The notes under the pieces: generated by a model
Databases searched by the model: none
What the model saw: only the letters and a program-made list of their open reading frames with translations
Told to the model about the DNA's origin: nothing
Position numbers and translations under genes: made by a program
Shown here: positions 43,556 to 54,030 of the stretch, in pieces
Layout of the letters: every line of letters starts with the position of its first letter
Numbering within the stretch: position 1 is the first letter of the stretch
From: Alphaproteobacteria bacterium
Lineage (GTDB): Bacteria; Pseudomonadota; Alphaproteobacteria; SHVV01
DNA: 64,000 nt
Direction of reading: 5' to 3'
NCBI GenBank assembly: GCA_965261735.1
Contig: OZ253470.1
Span: forward strand, 1,760,001-1,824,000

Positions 43556-45199
43556 TCAGGGAGCGCCGCCACGCTTCGCCAAGACGCCATCGAGCCAATC
43601 GGGGTTCATCTCCGGCACCGAGGAGAGGAGCAACTCGGTGTATTCGTGATGCGGCGGGGTGAGGATTTCCTGCCTGCCGCCTTGGGCAACGATCTTGCCC
43701 TGTAGCATGACGACGATCTCGTCGGCGATCGCCTTCACGGTCGCGAGATCGTGGGTGATGAACAGGTAGGTAACTTGAAGCTCGTCCTGCAGCCTCTGCA
43801 GCAGCTTTAGAATCTCCTCGGCGACCAGTTGATCGAGCGCCGAGGTCACCTCGTCGCACAGGATGAGTTCGGGCTCCGCGGCCAGAGCGCGCGCGATGCA
43901 GACGCGTTGCTTTTGGCCACCGGATAGCTCTCCCGGATAGCGGTCGATGAAATCGTCCGGATCGAGCTCGATCATCGTCAACAGCCCTCTCAGCCGCTCC
44001 TCGCGCACATCGCCCTTCAGGCCGAGATAGAATTCGAGCGGGCGGCCGATGATCTCGCGAATCCGCTGGCGCGGGTTCAACGCCGTATCGGGCATCTGGT
44101 AGATCATCTGCATCCGGCGCAGCTGTTCGCGGTTGCGCCGGTCGAGCCTGGGCGGCAGCACCTCGCGCCCGTAAAGTACGCGGCCTTCCGTCGGCGGCAA
44201 CAGGCCGGTGATGGCGCGCGCGAGCGTGCTCTTGCCGCTCCCCGACTCGCCGACCACCGCCACCGTCCGCGCCTTGTGGATTTCGAGGTTGATGCCGTCG
44301 AGTACCTTGACCCCGCCGCCATAGCTCGCCGACACGTTCTCCACCGACAACAGCGGCCGCTCGTCCCCGGCCTCATCGGCTTCGGGCTTGCGGAAGTCAC
44401 GCACCGAGATCAGCCGGCGCGTGTACTCCTCCTTGGGGTGGGCGAGCAGCTCGCGGCCCAGGCCTTCTTCGACCAGGTGCCCGTGGCGCAATACCATGAT
44501 GCGGTCGGCCATCTGCGCGACGACCGCGAGGTCATGGGTGATGTAAATGGCGGCGGTGTCGAACTGCCTGACGACGTCCCGGATGGCGGCCAGGACTTCG
44601 ATCTGAGTGGTCACGTCGAGCGCCGTCGTCGGCTCATCGAAGATGATGAGGTCGGGCCGGCACGACATCGCCATGGCGGTCATGGCGCGCTGCAACTGCC
44701 CGCCGGACACCTGATGCGGATAGCGAAAGCCGATGTTGTCGGGGTCGGGTAGGCGGAGCCGGCGGTACAGCTCGACCGCGTCTTCCTCGGCCTCCGCGCG
44801 TCCCTTGACCCCGTGCTGCACGGGCGTTTCGGTGTATTGGTCGATGAGCTTGTGCGCAGGATTGAAGGCCGCGGCCGCACTCTGCGCCACATAGGCGATG
44901 CGCGAGCCGCGGAGCTTGCGCTTCTCGTCCTCGGTGGCGCCCCTGAGGTCGACGCCGTCGAAAAAGATGGACCCGCCCGAGATGCGGCAGCCGGGCCGCG
45001 CGAAGCCCATAGCGGCGATGCCGATGGTCGATTTGCCGGCGCCCGACTCGCCGATCAGGCCCAGGACCTCGCCGCGCCGTAGCACGACGTCGACGCCATG
45101 GACGATCTCGCTCCACTGATCGTCGGACAGACCCTCGATTTTGAGGTCCCGCATTTCGAGCAGGATGTCGTCGTCGCTGCCCCCGCCCTTAGTGCTCAT
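43556..45199 (-). CDS. Peptide/nickel-type ABC transporter ATPase, two fused NBDs
   Basis: GESGAGKS, VSGGQLQR, GESGSGKS, LSGGQKQR. Confidence 0.93.
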   Translation of the reverse strand: MSTKGGGSDDDILLEMRDLKIEGLSDDQWSEIVHGVDVVLRRGEVLGLIGESGAGKSTIGIAAMGFARPGCRISGGSIFFDGVDLRGATEDEKRKLRGSRIAYVAQSAAAAFNPAHKLIDQYTETPVQHGVKGRAEAEEDAVELYRRLRLPDPDNIGFRYPHQVSGGQLQRAMTAMAMSCRPDLIIFDEPTTALDVTTQIEVLAAIRDVVRQFDTAAIYITHDLAVVAQMADRIMVLRHGHLVEEGLGRELLAHPKEEYTRRLISVRDFRKPEADEAGDERPLLSVENVSASYGGGVKVLDGINLEIHKARTVAVVGESGSGKSTLARAITGLLPPTEGRVLYGREVLPPRLDRRNREQLRRMQMIYQMPDTALNPRQRIREIIGRPLEFYLGLKGDVREERLRGLLTMIELDPDDFIDRYPGELSGGQKQRVCIARALAAEPELILCDEVTSALDQLVAEEILKLLQRLQDELQVTYLFITHDLATVKAIADEIVVMLQGKIVAQGGRQEILTPPHHEYTELLLSSVPEMNPDWLDGVLAKRGGAP

Positions 45200-46364
45200 C
45201 GCGCAACCCGCTCGTTATGTTGAGGAACCAGTCGACCACGAAGTTGACACCGACCGTCAACAGGGCGATGGCGGCTGCCGGCAGCAACGGCGTTATGTCG
45301 CCGTAGGTGATCAGCGTCGCATTGTCGCGCACCATGCTGCCCCAGTCGGCGTCCGGCGGCTGAACCCCGAGGCCGAGAAAGCTCAGCGCGCTGAGGAACA
45401 GGAACACGAAACAGAAGCGCAGCCCGAACTCCGCCACCAGGGGCGCCATCGAATTGGGCAGCACCTCGCGGCGAATGATCCACCACAGGCCCTCACCGCG
45501 CAAACGCGCGACCTCGACATAGTCCATGACCACGACGTTCATGCCGACGGCGCGGGCGAGTCGGAAGACACGCGTCGAATCGAGGAAGCCGATGACCAGG
45601 ATCAGAACCGGAATCGACGTGCCGAAAATGGTGAGGAGCAGCAGCGCGAAGATCAATGAGGGGATCGCCATCACCACGTCGACGAGGCGGCCCAAAACCT
45701 GGTCGACCCAGCCGCCCACCGCGGCCGCCAGGAACCCGCCGAAGGCACCGACGAAGAAAGCGAGGCAGGTCGTGAGGAAGGCGATGCCAATGGTGTTGCG
45801 CGCCCCGTAGATGAGACGCGTGAAGGTGTCGCGGCCGAGATTGTCGGTGCCGAGCAGGAACTGCGCGCTCCACGGCTCATAGGGCGAGCCCACCACTTCG
45901 GTTTGGCCGTACGGCGCGATGATCGGTGCCGTTGCGGCAATGATGATGTACAGCAGGATAACCACGAGCCCGAACCAAGCCGACAGCGGCGCCCGGCTCA
46001 GCCCGCGCCAGAACTGGACGGCGGCAAAGGCGTACATCTGGACCAAAACGAGGCCGATGAACGTGGACCAGGGCCAGGCGCTGAACGTGTCCCAGAACAG
46101 GGCGGCGATGAGCACATATTCGAGGGTCAGCGCGACGATGGCCGTATCGCCCGCGGCCGAGCGCTTCAGGTTGCCCCACAGGCGCAGCACCCACCAGGTG
46201 TAGGCGTGGATGGCCAGAAAGCCCACCACCGCCGCCCAGGTGGCCTCGCGCACGTTCTGCAGGAACAGTACGAGCACGAAGAAGTGCACGGCCGTGACCG
46301 CAAGCCGGCTGGCCCAGGGCGAGGGCTGGGCCGGGAGCGGGCTCTCTAAGGCTACCGTCGTCAT
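45189..46364 (-). CDS. DppC/OppC-like permease with N-terminal membrane extension
   Basis: LGTDNLGRD, DYVEVARLRGE, LSFLGLGVQPP. Confidence 0.9.
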   Translation of the reverse strand: MTTVALESPLPAQPSPWASRLAVTAVHFFVLVLFLQNVREATWAAVVGFLAIHAYTWWVLRLWGNLKRSAAGDTAIVALTLEYVLIAALFWDTFSAWPWSTFIGLVLVQMYAFAAVQFWRGLSRAPLSAWFGLVVILLYIIIAATAPIIAPYGQTEVVGSPYEPWSAQFLLGTDNLGRDTFTRLIYGARNTIGIAFLTTCLAFFVGAFGGFLAAAVGGWVDQVLGRLVDVVMAIPSLIFALLLLTIFGTSIPVLILVIGFLDSTRVFRLARAVGMNVVVMDYVEVARLRGEGLWWIIRREVLPNSMAPLVAEFGLRFCFVFLFLSALSFLGLGVQPPDADWGSMVRDNATLITYGDITPLLPAAAIALLTVGVNFVVDWFLNITSGLRDEH

Positions 46365-46377
46365 CGCTTTCCGCCCT

Positions 46378-47334
46378 TCAGCGCGGATGCATGAGCCGGG
46401 GGTTTGTCATGATCGACAACACATCGGCCGTGAGGTTGAGCAGGATGTAGGTCGCGGCGAAGATCAGGCTGCTCGCCTGAACCACGGGAATGTCGCGCTT
46501 GGACACGGAATCCACGAGCAGCTGGCCGAGCCCGGGATAGACGAACACCACTTCGACGATGACGACGCCGACCACCAGGTAGGCGAGGTTGATGACGATC
46601 ACGTTGATGATTGGCGCGAGCGCGTTGGGCAGCGCGTGCCGGACGATGATGTGCGAGCGCCGCAACCCCTTCAGCGCCGCCATCTCGATGTAGGTGCTGG
46701 CGAGGAGATTGATGATCGCCGCGCGTGTCATGCGCATCATGTGGGCGACGACGACGAGCGTGAGCGTGAAAGCGGGCAGCGCGCTTCGGTAGGCGCGATC
46801 CCAGAACCCTAGTTCGTCGCCGATGTTCGAGATGCTCGGGAAGACGCCGAGCTGGACGGCGAGGAAAAGGATGAGGATGTAGGCGATGAAGAACTCGGGG
46901 AAGGAGATCGAGCTCAACGTCATAACGTTGACGGCGCGATCGAAGATGCTGTTGCGGTAGAGCGCGGCGAGCACACCTAGCGTCACCGCCAGCGGCACCG
47001 AGATGATCGCGGCCAGCGCCCCGAGGAAGAGGGTATTGCCGAGCCGCCCGCCAATGAGCTCGGAAATCTCGCGCTGGTTGGCCAGCGACTTGCCCATATC
47101 GCCCTGCAGCATGCCGAACAGCCACTCGATGTAGCGCTGCCACGCCGGTAGATCGAGTCTGAGCTCGCGCCGAAAGGCTTCGACCGTCTCGGCCGTCGCC
47201 GCCTGACCGAGGATAGCCTGCGCCAAATCCCCGGGCAGGAGCTCGACGCTGATAAAGATGATCAGCGATACGACGAACAGGGTCAGGAGGCCCAGCGCCA
47301 AGCGCTGGGCCACCATCTTCAGTATCTTGTCCAT
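46378..47334 (-). CDS. DppB/OppB-like permease
   Basis: LPGDLA, GDMGKSL, RHALPNA, YPGLGQL. Confidence 0.92.
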   Translation of the reverse strand: MDKILKMVAQRLALGLLTLFVVSLIIFISVELLPGDLAQAILGQAATAETVEAFRRELRLDLPAWQRYIEWLFGMLQGDMGKSLANQREISELIGGRLGNTLFLGALAAIISVPLAVTLGVLAALYRNSIFDRAVNVMTLSSISFPEFFIAYILILFLAVQLGVFPSISNIGDELGFWDRAYRSALPAFTLTLVVVAHMMRMTRAAIINLLASTYIEMAALKGLRRSHIIVRHALPNALAPIINVIVINLAYLVVGVVIVEVVFVYPGLGQLLVDSVSKRDIPVVQASSLIFAATYILLNLTADVLSIMTNPRLMHPR

Positions 47335-47360
47335 AGGACCCGCTGCTTATTCGGGCGGGC

Positions 47361-48947
47361 CTATGCGAACCACCAGCGCTCCATGCCTCTCATACTGTCG
47401 AGATCCATGTTCGCGCCCATCTCGTCGTGCTCGACCTTCTTGGACATGGCGAACACGTAGTTGGCGAACATCGGAATAACGACGCCGCCTTCGTCGCTGA
47501 CGATCTGCTGCATCTCGCCGTACTGGGCGCGCCGCTTGGCCTGGTCGAGCTCGGCACGAGCGGCAACCAGCAGCTCGTTGAAGCGGGCGTGGGACCAGAA
47601 GCTGTCGTTCCAGGGGGAGTCGCTCGCGTAGGCGGTCGAGAACATCAGATCCTCGGTCGGGCGGCCACCCCAGTACACCGCACACCACGGCTTTTTCATC
47701 CACACGTTGTTCCAGTAGCCGTCGTTGGGCTCGCGGATCACGTTGATCTCGATTCCGGCCTTGGCTGCGTGCTCCTTGTAAAGCACCGCCGCATCGACGG
47801 CACCGGCGAACGCCGCGTCGGCCGCGCTCAAATCGAGCTTGAGGCTGCTCATGCCGGCCTTCTTGAGATGGAACTTAGCCTTGTCCAGATCGTACGTGCG
47901 CTGTGGCAGGTCCGTTGCATGGAACGGGTTGGAACGGCCAATCGGGTGGTCGTTGCCGAGCACGCCGTGGCCGAGCAGGATCGTCTTGAGTAGTGCCTCG
48001 CGGTCGAGCCCGTACTTGAGCGCGAGCCGTACGTCGTTGTTGTCGAACGGCGGCGTATCCGTTCGCATCGCGAACGTATAGTGCTGGGTGCCGCTCGTCT
48101 CCTCGATGCGGAGTTTCCGGTTGCGCCCGAGCAGGTGCACCGTCTTGAGGTCGGCCCGGTCCATGGCGTCGACCTCGCCGGTCGTCAGGGCATTGGTACG
48201 CGCCGTTACGTCGGTGACGGAAAGCACCTCGGCCTCGTCGAAGTGGGCCCGGCCCTGCTTCCAGTAGTTGAGATTGCGCTTGAACGTCGCACGCACGCCG
48301 GGCTCGAAGCTCGCAAGCGCGTAGCCCCCCGTCCCCACGCCCGAGTTGGGATCGAGCTGGCCGTCTTTCGCCGGCATCATCGCCACGTGATAGTCGGTGA
48401 GGATGAAGGGAAAGTCGGCGTTGCCCGCCTTGAGCTTAAAGATCACCGTGTTCTTGTCGTCGGCCTTGACCTCGTCGATCGCAGAGAGAATGGCCTTGGC
48501 CGCGGATTTCGAGTCCTTGCCGAGGTGATGGTTGATGGAGGCCACGACATCGTCCGCATCCATCGTCTTGCCGTTATGGAATTCGACGCCGCGCTGGAGC
48601 TTGAACGCCCACGTGACGGCGTCCTCCGTGGCTTCCCAGGCCTCGGCCAGCTCGGGCACGACCTTGCCGGCACTGCTCACTTCGGTCAGGTTGTTGCGCA
48701 GGCCGAAGCCCGTGAACTGCGTGAAGTTTTGCAGGAAAGTGCCGGGGTCGAGCGTATCGGTTGTCGACCCGGCGCCGATGGCGATGCGCAGGCGGCCGCC
48801 CTTCTTGGGCGCGGCCTTCAGCGCCTTGCTCGCGACGCTCGTCGCGGCCGCCACCGTGGCTCCAAGAGCCACCGCGCGCCCCATGAACTCGCGCCGGCCG
48901 ATTTTGCCCTGCCGCAGCAGACTTGCGTAGTGATTGAGCTCCTTCAT
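47361..48947 (-). CDS. Family 5 ABC substrate-binding protein with Tat signal
   Basis: GRREFM twin-arginine signal, PELAEAWE, VEFHNG, GTGGY. Confidence 0.92.
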   Translation of the reverse strand: MKELNHYASLLRQGKIGRREFMGRAVALGATVAAATSVASKALKAAPKKGGRLRIAIGAGSTTDTLDPGTFLQNFTQFTGFGLRNNLTEVSSAGKVVPELAEAWEATEDAVTWAFKLQRGVEFHNGKTMDADDVVASINHHLGKDSKSAAKAILSAIDEVKADDKNTVIFKLKAGNADFPFILTDYHVAMMPAKDGQLDPNSGVGTGGYALASFEPGVRATFKRNLNYWKQGRAHFDEAEVLSVTDVTARTNALTTGEVDAMDRADLKTVHLLGRNRKLRIEETSGTQHYTFAMRTDTPPFDNNDVRLALKYGLDREALLKTILLGHGVLGNDHPIGRSNPFHATDLPQRTYDLDKAKFHLKKAGMSSLKLDLSAADAAFAGAVDAAVLYKEHAAKAGIEINVIREPNDGYWNNVWMKKPWCAVYWGGRPTEDLMFSTAYASDSPWNDSFWSHARFNELLVAARAELDQAKRRAQYGEMQQIVSDEGGVVIPMFANYVFAMSKKVEHDEMGANMDLDSMRGMERWWFA

Positions 48948-49333
48948 GTGCTCGGTCCTCCCTTAATTTGCGTCGCGCCTGGAGCCGCCGGCAATGATGC
49001 TTATTCCGCCGGCGTTGCAATCCGGCTCATTCCAAATCGTTGCGCCCATGACCCAAACCCGCGCGGCGGGTTCGATAACTGGCCGGCTAACAACGATTCC
49101 CGAACACTCAACAGCACTGCCGCTGGTTGAAACTCAGGGAGTGCACGGGTCAGGACTGGCCCCCTAGATATGCGATTCAACCACAAACCGCCGAGGCAGG
49201 CAACACGCCGGCGGTTTGGCGGTCTCCCGCGCCGTTGTATGAATGGCCTCGTCGGGGTTTGCTCGATATCCCGACGAGACAGGAGCCAGAGCCGGTTAGG
49301 ACCAGTCGATTTCTTTTGTTAGGCTAGCGGCTC

Positions 49334-50800
49334 ATGACGACCCACGAACCCGCCTCTCCTTTTTGCATCGCCATATTTGGCGGCGCGGGGGACCTCACGC
49401 GGCGGATGCTGATGCCGGCCCTGTTCCGGTGTCATTTGGACAAGAGCCTTCCGGCAGGGGACATCATCGGCATCGGCCGCAGGGCCATGGATCGGGCGAG
49501 CTATATCGACTCCTTGGCCGGCCCCTACCCTCATTCGGGCATCGACCCGTCTAGCGCTCGTCGAGAATGGGACGACTTCGCGCAGCGCCTCGACTACCTG
49601 GAGCTCGACGCCAGGGACCCCGATGGCTATCGGGCGCTGGTCGGCGCGCTCGATTCAAACAAAGAGCGCATCCGAATCTTTTACCTGGCGACCGCGCCTG
49701 ACCTGTTTGGCGAGATCTGTGGCCATCTCCAGGAGGCCGGTCTGGTGACGCCCGAGACGCGCGTGGTCCTCGAAAAACCGATTGGCCATGATCTCGGGTC
49801 CGCGCGGTCGATCAACGATCTGGTGGGCGCCGCGTTCCGCGAGGATCAAGTGTTTCGCATCGACCACTATCTCGGAAAGGAGACGGTGCAGAACCTCATG
49901 GTTTTGCGGTTCGGCAACGCGCTGATCGAGCCCCTGTGGGGAGCGAGCATGATCGACCACGTCCAAATCACCGTGTCGGAACAGCTCGGGGTGGAGGGTC
50001 GTGGCGGCTATTTCGATCACGCCGGCGCTCTGCGCGACATGGTGCAGAATCATATGCTGCAACTCGTCTGCTTGGTGGCCATGGAGCCGCCAAACAGTCT
50101 GGATCCGGACGCCGTTCGCGATGAGAAGCTCAAGGTGCTTCGCGCCCTACGCCCCATTACGGGGACGGACGTCAGAAGCAAGACGGTCCGCGGGCAATAT
50201 CGGGCCGGCGCCAGAGAGGGCCGTCCCGTGCCGAGTTATGTCGACGAGGTCGGAGTCGGCGCGGACAGCAGCACCGAGACTTTCGTGGCGCTCAAGATCG
50301 AAATCGAAAACTGGCGCTGGGTCGGCGTGCCGTTCTATTTGCGCACCGGCAAGCGCCTGCAGCAGCGCATGACCGAGATCGTCGTGCAGTTCAAGAGGGT
50401 GCCACACTTCATCTTCGAGCAACCCACCGGTCGAATACCCGCCAACCGAATAATCATTCGGCTGCAGCCGGACGAGGGAATCAGGTTGCTCATCGAGGTT
50501 AAGCAGCCCGGCCGCGGCATGGCGCTGCGCCCGGTTTACCTCAACCTCAGTTTCGCCGAGGCTTTCGAGACCCGCCGGCTGGACGCCTATGAACGCTTGC
50601 TGATGGACGTCATCCGCGGCGATCCAACGCTGTTCATGCGGCGCGACGAAGTGGAGGCGGCGTGGCTCTGGGTCGAGCCCATTCTCGAGGGATGGCGGCA
50701 GAGTGATGACCGCCCCGCGCCCTATGTGACTGGAACCTGGGGACCGGCACCGGCCATCGCACTGATCGAACGGGACGGCCGTACGTGGCTCGAGGAGTGA
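49334..50800 (+). CDS. zwf: Glucose-6-phosphate dehydrogenase
   Basis: FGGAGDL, EKPIG, RIDHYLGKE, DMVQNH, YERL. Confidence 0.97.
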   Translation: MTTHEPASPFCIAIFGGAGDLTRRMLMPALFRCHLDKSLPAGDIIGIGRRAMDRASYIDSLAGPYPHSGIDPSSARREWDDFAQRLDYLELDARDPDGYRALVGALDSNKERIRIFYLATAPDLFGEICGHLQEAGLVTPETRVVLEKPIGHDLGSARSINDLVGAAFREDQVFRIDHYLGKETVQNLMVLRFGNALIEPLWGASMIDHVQITVSEQLGVEGRGGYFDHAGALRDMVQNHMLQLVCLVAMEPPNSLDPDAVRDEKLKVLRALRPITGTDVRSKTVRGQYRAGAREGRPVPSYVDEVGVGADSSTETFVALKIEIENWRWVGVPFYLRTGKRLQQRMTEIVVQFKRVPHFIFEQPTGRIPANRIIIRLQPDEGIRLLIEVKQPGRGMALRPVYLNLSFAEAFETRRLDAYERLLMDVIRGDPTLFMRRDEVEAAWLWVEPILEGWRQSDDRPAPYVTGTWGPAPAIALIERDGRTWLEE

Positions 50801-51549
50801 ACGTGGGCGCCCCACAACACGCCCCATTGGAGGTCGCCGGCCGAGTGAGCGAGTCTTGTTTCGTCGCTGGCGAGCCCCTCGTGGAAGCACTCTCGGATTC
50901 GATCGCCGCGCACCTCGCCCGCGCGATCGAACTCCGCGGCGCCGCGAGTTTGGTCGTTTGTGGCGGCACGACCCCGAGGCCTCTCTTCGAACGTCTCTCG
51001 CGAGCCTCCCTCCCGTGGAGTGCCGTAACCATCACCCTAACGGACGAGCGTTGGGTGCCCCCGGATTCCGACCAGAGCAATGAGTTTCTCGTCCGCGGCA
51101 GCCTTCTGGTCGGCCGCGCGGCCGAGGCCAGATTCGTGGGTCTCAAAACCCCGGACCCGACACCCGAGAAAGCCGTCGGCGTCTGTGAGAGGGCCCTCGC
51201 TCCAATTCCGCATCCCTTTGATATCGTCTTGCTCGGGATGGGCAAGGACGGCCATTTCGCGTCCCTGTTCCCGCAAGACCCGGGGCTCGACGCCGCGCTT
51301 GCCGCGTCGGGCGACCAGCTCTGTGTGGCTTCACGCCCGGCCACCGCGCCACATCCGCGGTTGAGTCTGACGCTTTCTGCTTTGCTCGACAGTCGTCGGG
51401 TCACGGTATTGATAACCGGGAAGGAAAAGTGGCGCGTGTACCGACGAGCGGCGCGCCCGGGTCCGGTTGAGGAGCTACCCATTCGCGCTGTTCTTAGACA
51501 AAACCAAGTCGATGTCGACGTCTATTGGGCATCCTACCGGGAGGCATGA
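50797..51549 (+). CDS. pgl: 6-phosphogluconolactonase (start uncertain)
   Basis: [31 protein letters not shown]. Confidence 0.93.
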   Translation: MNVGAPQHAPLEVAGRVSESCFVAGEPLVEALSDSIAAHLARAIELRGAASLVVCGGTTPRPLFERLSRASLPWSAVTITLTDERWVPPDSDQSNEFLVRGSLLVGRAAEARFVGLKTPDPTPEKAVGVCERALAPIPHPFDIVLLGMGKDGHFASLFPQDPGLDAALAASGDQLCVASRPATAPHPRLSLTLSALLDSRRVTVLITGKEKWRVYRRAARPGPVEELPIRAVLRQNQVDVDVYWASYREA

Positions 51550-51556
51550 TGAGGCA

Positions 51557-53380
51557 ATGACCGAGGTTCAGGACACGATCCGACGTGCCACGGAAAGAAT
51601 CAGGCGCCGCAGCCGGAGCTCGCGTGCCGCGTATCTCGACCGACTTGATCATGCCGCCAGCGCGTGGCCGGTGCGGCGCGGACTCTCGTGCACGAACCTG
51701 GCGCACGGCGTCGCGGCGTGCGGTCAAGCGGACAAAGAAGCGCTGCGCGACACCGACAAGATCAACATCGCCATTGTTTCTTCCTACAACGACATGCTTT
51801 CGGCGCATCAGCCATTCGAACGATTCCCGGAGTTGATCAAAGAGGCGGCGCGCGAGGCCGGTGCGGTGGCCCAGTTCGCCGGCGGAGTGCCGGCGATGTG
51901 CGACGGCGTAACCCAGGGTCAACCCGGCATGGAGCTGTCGCTTTTCAGCCGCGACGTGATCGCCATGTCGACCGCCATCGCCCTATCCCACAACATGTTC
52001 GACGCCGCGCTTTGCTTGGGCGTGTGCGACAAGATCGTGCCCGGGCTGCTGATCGGGGCGCTGAGCTTCGGGCACCTACCCGTCATCTTCGTCCCTGGCG
52101 GCCCCATGCCGTCGGGCATGTCGAACTCCGAAAAAGCGCACACAAGACAGCTCCATGCCGAGGGCAAGATCGATACCAAGACGCTGCTCAAGGCCGAGTC
52201 GAAGTCATACCACGCCCCCGGCACCTGCACCTTTTACGGCACCGCCAATACCAACCAAATGCTGATGGAGGTGATGGGCCTACACTTGCCGGGCGCCGCT
52301 TTCGTCAACCCCAACACGCCTCTGCGCGACGCGCTGACGCGGGCCGCGGCCCACCGCGTCTGCGAGATCACCTCGTCCGGGAACGCGTACACCCCGATCG
52401 GCAAGCTCGTCGATGAGCGCGCCATCACCAACGCGGTCGTCGGCCTGGTCGCAACGGGCGGCTCGACGAACCACACGATCCACCTCGTAGCGATCGCGCG
52501 CGCCGCCGGGATCATTCTGAACTGGGATGATTTTGCCGATCTTTCCGCCGCCGTTCCCTTGCTGGCGAGGATTTATCCCAACGGCGCCGCGGACGTGAAC
52601 CACTTTCACCAGGCCGGCGGAATGGGGTTTCTCGTCGCGCAGCTGTTGGATGCCGGGTTGCTTCATGCCGACGTCATGACCGTCGCCGGAACCGGTGGTC
52701 TGGACCACTACCGAGAAACGCCGGTGTTGGACAGCGGGGCTCTAGCCTGGCAACCCGCGCCGGAAGACTCCGGCGATCTTGACATATTGCGACCGGCGCC
52801 GGACCCCTTTAGTCCCGACGGCGGCCTGAGGCTACTGACCGGGAATCTCGGTCGAGCCATCATCAAGGTCTCCGCCGTTCAGAGCCAGCACCGCACGGTC
52901 GAGGCTCCTGCCTTGATCTTCGATTCGCAGGAAGAAATGATCGAGTCCTTCAAGCGCGGTGAGCTGCAGCGCGACTTCATGGCCGTCGTCCGCTATCAGG
53001 GCCCGCGCGCCAATGGCATGCCCGAATTGCATAAGCTGACGCCGCCGCTCGGCGTTCTTCAGGACCTCGGCTACAAGGTTGCGCTGGTGACCGACGGGCG
53101 CATGTCCGGCGCCTCCGGCAAGGTGCCGGCCGCCATTCAGGTCACACCGGAATGTCTTGCCGGCGGCCCCCTCGCGCGGGTGCGCAACGGCGACGTGCTG
53201 CGTCTCGACAGCGACTCCGGGGTGCTCGAGGCGAAGGTGGACGCGGCGGACTGGGAGGCTCGCGATCCAGAGGTTCCCGACCTGTCCGCCAACTATTTCG
53301 GTATCGGCCGGGAGCTCTTCGACGGTTTCCGGGCGGGTGTCGTCAGCGCCGAAGAGGGCGCCGTTTGCGCGCCCGCCTAG
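51557..53380 (+). CDS. edd: Phosphogluconate dehydratase
   Basis: [38 protein letters not shown]. Confidence 0.97.
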   Translation: MTEVQDTIRRATERIRRRSRSSRAAYLDRLDHAASAWPVRRGLSCTNLAHGVAACGQADKEALRDTDKINIAIVSSYNDMLSAHQPFERFPELIKEAAREAGAVAQFAGGVPAMCDGVTQGQPGMELSLFSRDVIAMSTAIALSHNMFDAALCLGVCDKIVPGLLIGALSFGHLPVIFVPGGPMPSGMSNSEKAHTRQLHAEGKIDTKTLLKAESKSYHAPGTCTFYGTANTNQMLMEVMGLHLPGAAFVNPNTPLRDALTRAAAHRVCEITSSGNAYTPIGKLVDERAITNAVVGLVATGGSTNHTIHLVAIARAAGIILNWDDFADLSAAVPLLARIYPNGAADVNHFHQAGGMGFLVAQLLDAGLLHADVMTVAGTGGLDHYRETPVLDSGALAWQPAPEDSGDLDILRPAPDPFSPDGGLRLLTGNLGRAIIKVSAVQSQHRTVEAPALIFDSQEEMIESFKRGELQRDFMAVVRYQGPRANGMPELHKLTPPLGVLQDLGYKVALVTDGRMSGASGKVPAAIQVTPECLAGGPLARVRNGDVLRLDSDSGVLEAKVDAADWEARDPEVPDLSANYFGIGRELFDGFRAGVVSAEEGAVCAPA

Positions 53381-53383
53381 CGC

Positions 53384-54010
53384 CTACCCGGTGCGCTTGC
53401 TAGCTGCCTCGCGGGCGCGGGCGGTAATGCCATCCCAGTCGGCTTCCGCGATCGCGGCGGCGGATGCAATCCACGATCCGCCGACGCAGGCGACGTTTCC
53501 GAGGTTTAGGAAGTCGTCGAGGTTTCCGGGGGTGATGCCGCCGGTAGGGCAGAACGTAACATCGGGGTAGACGTCGCCGAAAGCGGCGAGGACGGGAACG
53601 CCACCGGCCGCCGCCGCCGGAAAGAACTTGAGCTCGGTGAAGCCCATTTGGCGAGCGGCCAGCACCTCGGAGGCGGTCGCCGCTCCCGGCAGATACGGCA
53701 GGCCAGATTCACGGGCGGCCTCGGCGAGCGCCGGGGTGAGCCCCGGGCTGACCGCGAATGCGGCGCCCGCGGCGGCCGCGGCCGCGAACTGGGCGCGGCT
53801 CAGCACCGTCCCAACGCCAACGACCGCGTCCGGAACTTGCGCTCGCATCTCGCGAACGGAATCCAACGCGGCTTCACTCCTCAGCGTTACCTCGATAACG
53901 GACAACCCGCCCGCCAGCACGGCACGGGCGAGTGGAACGGCGCGCATGGGATCGTCCACGACGACCACGCAAATAACCGGGGAAAGGCGCAAAATATCGT
54001 TGATCGTCAT
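53384..54010 (-). CDS. eda: KDPG/KHG aldolase
   Basis: IEVTLRS, GVGTV, VSPG, LKFFPA, FCPTGGI. Confidence 0.95.
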   Translation of the reverse strand: MTINDILRLSPVICVVVVDDPMRAVPLARAVLAGGLSVIEVTLRSEAALDSVREMRAQVPDAVVGVGTVLSRAQFAAAAAAGAAFAVSPGLTPALAEAARESGLPYLPGAATASEVLAARQMGFTELKFFPAAAAGGVPVLAAFGDVYPDVTFCPTGGITPGNLDDFLNLGNVACVGGSWIASAAAIAEADWDGITARAREAASKRTG

Positions 54011-54030
54011 GAGCAACCCTTAGCCTCGAC

